From an uncultured Candidatus Bathyarchaeia archaeon (GTDB lineage Archaea; Thermoproteota; Bathyarchaeia; Bathyarchaeales; SOJC01), in NCBI GenBank assembly GCA_964346975.1, contig CAYFWV010000028.1:11209-75208 (forward strand): a DNA stretch of 64,000 nucleotides. The letters run 5' to 3'. Positions 59,668-64,000 of the stretch are shown here, one piece after another. Position numbers and translations under genes: made by a program. The notes below the pieces were generated by a model. That model did no database searches and had not been told where the DNA came from. It worked only from the letters and a program-made list of their open reading frames with translations. Position 1 is the first letter of the stretch. Each line of letters begins with the position of its first letter.

Positions 59668-60099
59668 ATGAGAGTAGTCGAGTCAATAACCGCGCGGGGT
59701 CACAAGAATATTCAAGCCTCCAATAAAAGCACATTCGAAATCACAAAAGATGCCTACGTAACGCCAAGTGGTGACTGTATAATCGCAGTCGAAGCCAACA
59801 AAAGCCTGAGGGATCTAAGCGACGACTTCAAACGAACCCTACGCAACAACGACGCAAGAATAGCAATCACTATCAAAGTTGGCACCAAAAAAGAAGAGGT
59901 GATTGCGTGTGGCCATCTAAAACTGATGTTAGCCAGCCCCACGAGTATTGTTGTCCGAAAGAGTTCCTTTGTCTGCGAAAGAACGTTGGCGATAGGAGCA
60001 AACAAGTCAGCTCGAAACCTATCGAGATCACTAGTCAAAAAGCTGAAGGACCCAAAGAACAGAGTGGACTTAGAGTTGACAGTCGACAACGAAGACTGA
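59668..60099 (+). CDS. DUF371-family protein
   Basis: ITARGHKNIQASNKSTFEITKDAYVTPSGDCIIAV fits the H.N..A.H..T.E.T......GDCI signature as I remember it. Confidence 0.55.
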   Translation: MRVVESITARGHKNIQASNKSTFEITKDAYVTPSGDCIIAVEANKSLRDLSDDFKRTLRNNDARIAITIKVGTKKEEVIACGHLKLMLASPTSIVVRKSSFVCERTLAIGANKSARNLSRSLVKKLKDPKNRVDLELTVDNED

Positions 60100-60188
60100 C
60101 CCTCCTCAAGCAGAAGCTGTATTCTCAATTAGGCTTCAGAATTCACAAATATTATGAAAGAAGCGAACTTCCGTAATGTCGACCTGAA

Positions 60189-60368
60189 ATGAACCAGAAA
60201 GACCTATTTCTGAGAGAGGTAGTTGAAAAATTCGGCGACAGAGTAGGAGAGCAACCAACCACCGAAAAAGTAGAGCAATTTGCAAAGCACGGCACCTTGT
60301 ACCTCTTCTTCGAACTCATAAATCTTCGGCAGGAAGTGGCAAAGTTAAAGAAAGTAGCTGAAAAGTAG
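60189..60368 (+). CDS. small hypothetical protein (59 aa, below the track cutoff)
   Basis: My translation: MNQKDLFLREVVEKFGDRVGEQPTTEKVEQFAKHGTLYLFFELINLRQEVAKLKKVAEK*. It looks more protein-like than the antisense track ORF 60152..60373. Confidence 0.3.
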   Translation: MNQKDLFLREVVEKFGDRVGEQPTTEKVEQFAKHGTLYLFFELINLRQEVAKLKKVAEK

Positions 60369-60458
60369 ATCACAAGCAGCCTACCAACACCCTCTGCTCA
60401 AGAATCCTAGATCCAGACTTGACTTAGTGAAATTAGAGGATGTAGGCACGGTGGAAGG

Positions 60459-60533
60459 CGGGCCCGACGGGAATTGAACCCGCGACCTACGGATTAAGAG
60501 TCCGCCGCTCTGACCTTGCTGAGCTACGGGCCC
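60459..60533 (-). tRNA. tRNA-Lys(CUU); no encoded CCA
   Basis: Hand fold: GGGCCCG TA GCTC AGCAAGGTCA GAGC G GCGGA CTCTTAA TCCGT AGGTC GCGGG TTCAATT CCCGT CGGGCCC G. Confidence 0.92.
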
Positions 60534-60933
60534 ACAAATCTGCTTTTAGGAATGAACCTATGCCAAGAAATTTAGAGGTTTCGGTCTCAGTGAGTCAGTG
60601 CAGTCGGAAATGCTACTCCATCCGAAATCCTTGATCCTTTTCGTCACTTTTCAGCTTTTAGTGCCCATGAGACATAGTTGTTAGGATCTAGTGTTAGATC
60701 CTGCCAGCTCTGAAGCATTCTCGTGTTGATTCTCGATTCTTTTTTCTAGAACGAAATAGCCTGCGGCTACACTTCCTGAGATTTGAGTACTGGCCAAAGA
60801 CTGTCGAGAAGGCGCTCACTTGGTTTCTATCTTGGCAGAACAATCGTTCAGCGCTTGGTTTTCATGTCCCTGAATCTCAATGTGACAGTTATGCTAATAT
60901 CAATCCCTTTCAAAATATGCGCAGTGAGCGCAA

Positions 60934-61737
60934 TTGGGTCAACTGGTTCTGATCGGGTTAGGACTATACGATGAGAGTGATATTTCTTTGAGAGGTCTAG
61001 GTGAAGCAAAGAGTGCAGACATTGTCTTCGCGGAATTCTACACCAGTCTAATGGCTGGACTAAGCATCGAGGGACTGGAAAACCTCACTGGAAAGAAGAT
61101 TACCGTGATCTCCAGAAGATGGCTTGAAGAGGAAGACTGCCAGCAGCTACTTGAAGCTGCTGTGAAGCGGAAAATAGCACTATTGGTTCCTGGCGATCCA
61201 CTGATCTCAACCACTCATGTCGATCTGCGTATAAAGGCAGAAAAAGCTGGAATAAGAACGAAAGTAGTTCATGGGTCTTCCATAACCTCAGCAGCAATGG
61301 GCCTATCAGGTCTGCAAAACTACAAGTTTGGACGGAGTGTGACAATCCCTTTTGTCTACTCCGCTGGTGTGTCTGAGGCCCCCTATAACGTGATCAAAAT
61401 GAATCAACGTCTGGGGCTTCACACGCTATGCTTCCTCGACATGGAGGCAGAAGAAGGACGATACATGACCATAAAAGAAGGATTGGCAACTCTTAGAATT
61501 CTTGAGAAGAAAAGAAAGGAGAAAATAATAGCAGACGAGATGCTAGTAGTCGGCATTGCATGCGCCGGCTCAAGTAATCCAATTGTCAAAGCCGGGAGCC
61601 TCAGGGATGTGATCGATCATGACTTTCACACACCTCCACATTCACTCATATTCCCCGGCAAGCTCCATTTCGTCGAAACAGATGCGCTTATAGAATTAGC
61701 AGACGCACCTGAAAGCATAAGGCGAAAAGGAAGATGA
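60934..61737 (+). CDS. dph5: diphthine synthase
   Basis: LVLIGLGLYDESDISLRGLGEAKSADIVFAEFYTS..LVPGDPLISTTH. TTG start. Confidence 0.9.
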   Translation: MGQLVLIGLGLYDESDISLRGLGEAKSADIVFAEFYTSLMAGLSIEGLENLTGKKITVISRRWLEEEDCQQLLEAAVKRKIALLVPGDPLISTTHVDLRIKAEKAGIRTKVVHGSSITSAAMGLSGLQNYKFGRSVTIPFVYSAGVSEAPYNVIKMNQRLGLHTLCFLDMEAEEGRYMTIKEGLATLRILEKKRKEKIIADEMLVVGIACAGSSNPIVKAGSLRDVIDHDFHTPPHSLIFPGKLHFVETDALIELADAPESIRRKGR

Positions 61738-62018
61738 CGATCCGCAAACTTGTAAAGAGATACATAGAAAACGCTGGACAGGCTCTTGGGCAAACAAGGC
61801 TTGGACACAATCTTTCTGATGAAGGAGCTGTCAGAAAAGTGTTGGAGTGTGCGGAAAGATACTATGAAGACTCTATATATTTTGCCAAGCAAAAGAGATT
61901 TGAGACCGCTCTGTGCTCCATAGCGTATTGCGAAGGTCTACTCGACGCACTTAAGCTGCTACATTTGGTGGAGTTTGAATGGTCAGCAAGAAATCAAGAG
62001 GAACGAAGCATCCTGTAG
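61734..62018 (+). CDS. DUF357-family protein
   Basis: 94 aa. ..AERYYEDSIYFAKQKRFETALCSIAYCEGLLDAL. Has the usual partnership with ribL. Confidence 0.55.
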   Translation: MTIRKLVKRYIENAGQALGQTRLGHNLSDEGAVRKVLECAERYYEDSIYFAKQKRFETALCSIAYCEGLLDALKLLHLVEFEWSARNQEERSIL

Positions 62019-62455
62019 TTGTGACAGCAGGAGTATTTGACCTACTTCATCTAGGGCACGTCAGGTTCCTTGAAGAGGCCAAAAGAGCAGGTGGCAAGAA
62101 TGCGAAACTCATTGTCATAGTTGCAAGGGATATGACGGTTGAAAAGCGGAAAGGCGAAAAACCTGTAGTGTCAGAAGACCAGCGGCGGGCAATGGTTGAA
62201 GCGCTCGAAGTTGTCGACGAGGCAATCCTCGGCTATGAAGTATTCAACATAGGTGCAGTGATAGACAAAATTAGGCCAGACGTGATTGCTTTGGGACATG
62301 ATCAAAATGGAATCGAAGAGCTGGTGAGAAAAGCGATCGACCAGAAGCAACTTAAGACAAAGGTAGTAAGAATAGGGCAGTTCAGTGAAGATGAGCTCAA
62401 TTCAAGCTCAGAGATCAAGAGAAAGATCATTGAACTATACAAGAGAGAAGCCTAG
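61979..62455 (+). CDS. ribL: FAD synthase (archaeal FMN adenylyltransferase, cytidylyltransferase fold)
   Basis: VVVTAGVFDLLHLGHVRFLEEAKRAGG..LIVIVARDMTVEKRKGEKPVVSEDQRRAMVEALEVVDEAILG. Confidence 0.85.
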   Translation: MVSKKSRGTKHPVVVTAGVFDLLHLGHVRFLEEAKRAGGKNAKLIVIVARDMTVEKRKGEKPVVSEDQRRAMVEALEVVDEAILGYEVFNIGAVIDKIRPDVIALGHDQNGIEELVRKAIDQKQLKTKVVRIGQFSEDELNSSSEIKRKIIELYKREA

Positions 62456-62569
62456 CTGCAATTGTCCCCGCGCAAATACCCTGAGCACATCATATTGAGC
62501 TACTTATGGAATTGAGTGTTGGCCTTCTGCTTCGAGCAAGCCTGACAAGATGAATGAGGAGGTCGCTTG

Positions 62570-63307
62570 CTAGGGCATTATGAAGATGTCTAGCTTGATC
62601 TTTTGTCCATCTCTTATCCTGAGCTGATTTCTCAGGTAATGTGGTGCAATGATCTCCAAGACAGAAGCGTCATAATGGGTTCGAAAAGCGACTATCAAGG
62701 CACCTTTTGAACTATTGTTTATGAGAGTGGGATAGCATTTAACTGGCCCGAAGGTCCGTGTCTCATCCTTGAATCCTTCAACTTCAATTGCAGGATAACC
62801 CTCCAGCTCTTCTATAGTTCTTCTATCATAGTCAGAGGCTAGCCTAACATTCAGTGTGCCGGGATAGGGGTCAAATCCAAGTTTCTCGATGAACTGTTTA
62901 CGGTAGCCATCTTGCTTCACGTAATAAGCACCCTCTCCAAGACCGCTGAAAACCACGCCCTCCAACGTTATTGAAAGTGCGTGAGATGCTTCTATGACAG
63001 CTTTCAGCTTGGAATAAATGTTCTTTAACTGTGCCTTGCCGAGATCAGTTAGAGTAACCAGACTACCTTCAGGCGTTGTTGATCGCTGAATCAGTCCAAG
63101 GTTCTCCAGTCCTATTAGGTGTCGAGAAGCTGTTTGTTGGGAAACTCCAGTCTTCTGGGCCAAGTATTGAGTAGAAATTCTGGTGGTTCTGTGATAGGCT
63201 CCCATCTCAGCAATCTTGCACAGAATGAATTGTAACCGCCAAGGCTTTGCTTCTTCCGTGCATCGTGCCAATCTAAGCAACCCACCCAAGAAAGAGAGGC
63301 TACCCAC
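62570..63307 (-). CDS. ribK: wHTH-fused CTP-dependent riboflavin kinase (RbkR-like bifunctional regulator/kinase)
   Basis: N-terminal ISTQYLAQKTGVSQQTASRHLIGLENLGLI. C-terminal GVVFSGLGEGAYYV..KLGFDPYPGTLNVRL..IIAPHYLRNQL matches the MJ0056-type kinase. Start uncertain. Confidence 0.8.
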   Translation of the reverse strand: MGSLSFLGGLLRLARCTEEAKPWRLQFILCKIAEMGAYHRTTRISTQYLAQKTGVSQQTASRHLIGLENLGLIQRSTTPEGSLVTLTDLGKAQLKNIYSKLKAVIEASHALSITLEGVVFSGLGEGAYYVKQDGYRKQFIEKLGFDPYPGTLNVRLASDYDRRTIEELEGYPAIEVEGFKDETRTFGPVKCYPTLINNSSKGALIVAFRTHYDASVLEIIAPHYLRNQLRIRDGQKIKLDIFIMP

Positions 63308-63358
63308 CTATAAGAGTGAGTACAGCTGTCCCTTCAAAGAATACCTACTTTGCGCAAG

Positions 63359-63757
63359 CTATGGGCTACATATTTCCGATATGTGTTCTAGTGCTTCCTG
63401 ATACTCAACTAGATATTCTCTTGCAAACTCGTTGGCGAGTTTTTCTGTACCTCTGTGTTTCTCACCTTGGCTGCGCAAATGGTGATAGAACTCATGGAGC
63501 AAAATATATGGATTGTAAAGGATATCCCGGTGTGACAAGAATATTGTCCTATTGGAGGCGCTGTAGCATCCTCTTCTCTTTGTCTGTCCCTTGGGCATTC
63601 CGATCTTGATATTTGGCGCTTGAACTCTATAATGTGAGCTTAACTGGTTCAGCGCCCTTTCAGGTTCCTTAGATAGAATTAGAGACACTATTCTTGCTTT
63701 GAAAGGATAATCAGGAGTCAATCTCAATAGCCTCGGGATGACCTTGACTCCATTCAT
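63359..63757 (-). CDS. small putative Zn-metallopeptidase-like protein (HExxH)
   Basis: 132 aa with ILLHEFYHHL. Sits 52 nt upstream of ribK on the same strand. Confidence 0.4.
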   Translation of the reverse strand: MNGVKVIPRLLRLTPDYPFKARIVSLILSKEPERALNQLSSHYRVQAPNIKIGMPKGQTKRRGCYSASNRTIFLSHRDILYNPYILLHEFYHHLRSQGEKHRGTEKLANEFAREYLVEYQEALEHISEICSP

Positions 63758-63909
63758 CGAGCTGCCTGCAATTCAACTTCCATCAATATTATATACTTGT
63801 ACTTACCTTCTTAAACTTCGTTGGGGAGCTGGGACATGATCCAGCTGAGAAGATGGGTGAACACCATCGACCCGTGGAACCTGATCCAGGTAATGCTGGC
63901 GGAGGGAAA

Positions 63910-64000
63910 ATGGTGAGTACAGAATCGACGCCTTATCGTACAAAGGTAGTTGCTGAGGTTGTGGCTTTTGTCGCTGTGTCAGTTGCGCTTAGCTATGTGA
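63910..64000 (+). CDS. N-terminus of a membrane protein (runs off the right edge)
   Basis: GGAGGG, then ATG 63910: MVSTESTPYRTKVVAEVVAFVAVSVALSYV... Confidence 0.3.
   Translation, partial: MVSTESTPYRTKVVAEVVAFVAVSVALSYV

Noticed and set aside
60152-60373. 73-aa minus-strand track ORF
   Set aside because: Its composition is Ser/Phe/Cys-rich and it has no start context. The plus strand carries a more protein-like 59-aa ORF (60189..60368) over the same bases.

Overview
This is an archaeal chromosomal segment of roughly 47% GC by eye, with about 75 protein genes and 3 tRNAs. Genes use a mix of Shine-Dalgarno-led and near-leaderless starts behind TATA-like boxes.

Core housekeeping blocks:
- tdh-kbl, apgM, ATP-PEPCK, peptide deformylase, NMN adenylyltransferase, and proteasome beta.
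- Divergent pyrB/pyrI, and NAC plus a PUA protein.
- MBF1-HflX-Trm56.
- TFE, an HD protein, a DUF2110-like protein, a Zn-ribbon protein and aEF-1beta.
- Cdc48.
- The exosome superoperon psmA-sdo1-rrp4-rrp41-rrp42-rpl37ae.
- FEN1, PIMT, glmS and dph5.
- DUF357-ribL and an HTH-fused riboflavin kinase.
- tRNA-Ser(GCU), tRNA-Leu(CAA) carrying an 18-nt non-canonical intron, and tRNA-Lys(CUU).

Accessory content (7.2-10.4 kb and 12.8-29.3 kb, ending at the 3' end of tRNA-Ser) is dominated by secreted or surface proteins:
- A CARDB/DUF11 adhesin.
- A mosaic metzincin, Asp-box, PKD-like, cupredoxin and dockerin protein, followed by a C39-like peptidase.
- Two tandem paralogues with a thioester-domain-like Cys...Q-x-A-I-W signature.
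- A 7-bladed propeller protein with a P-E-x C-terminal sorting signal.
- Relic fragments of a dockerin and of a sorting signal.

Most notable observations:
- The TED-like paralogue pair.
- A tight bshC-bshB-bshA (bacillithiol) operon in an archaeal context.
- A wHTH, ATP-cone and NrdD-like protein that lacks a glycyl-radical tail.
- The dockerin/cupredoxin metalloprotease.
- The intron-containing tRNA-Leu.
- Four interrupted genes: an in-frame TGA at a Trp position in tdh, single-base frameshifts in glmS and the metalloprotease, and a probable 5' frameshift in the adhesin. These could be assembly errors or real decay.

I saw no CRISPR array, integrase, transposase or recognisable defence system. 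All homology calls come from reading the translations by eye and from memory of the protein families. No database search was run.
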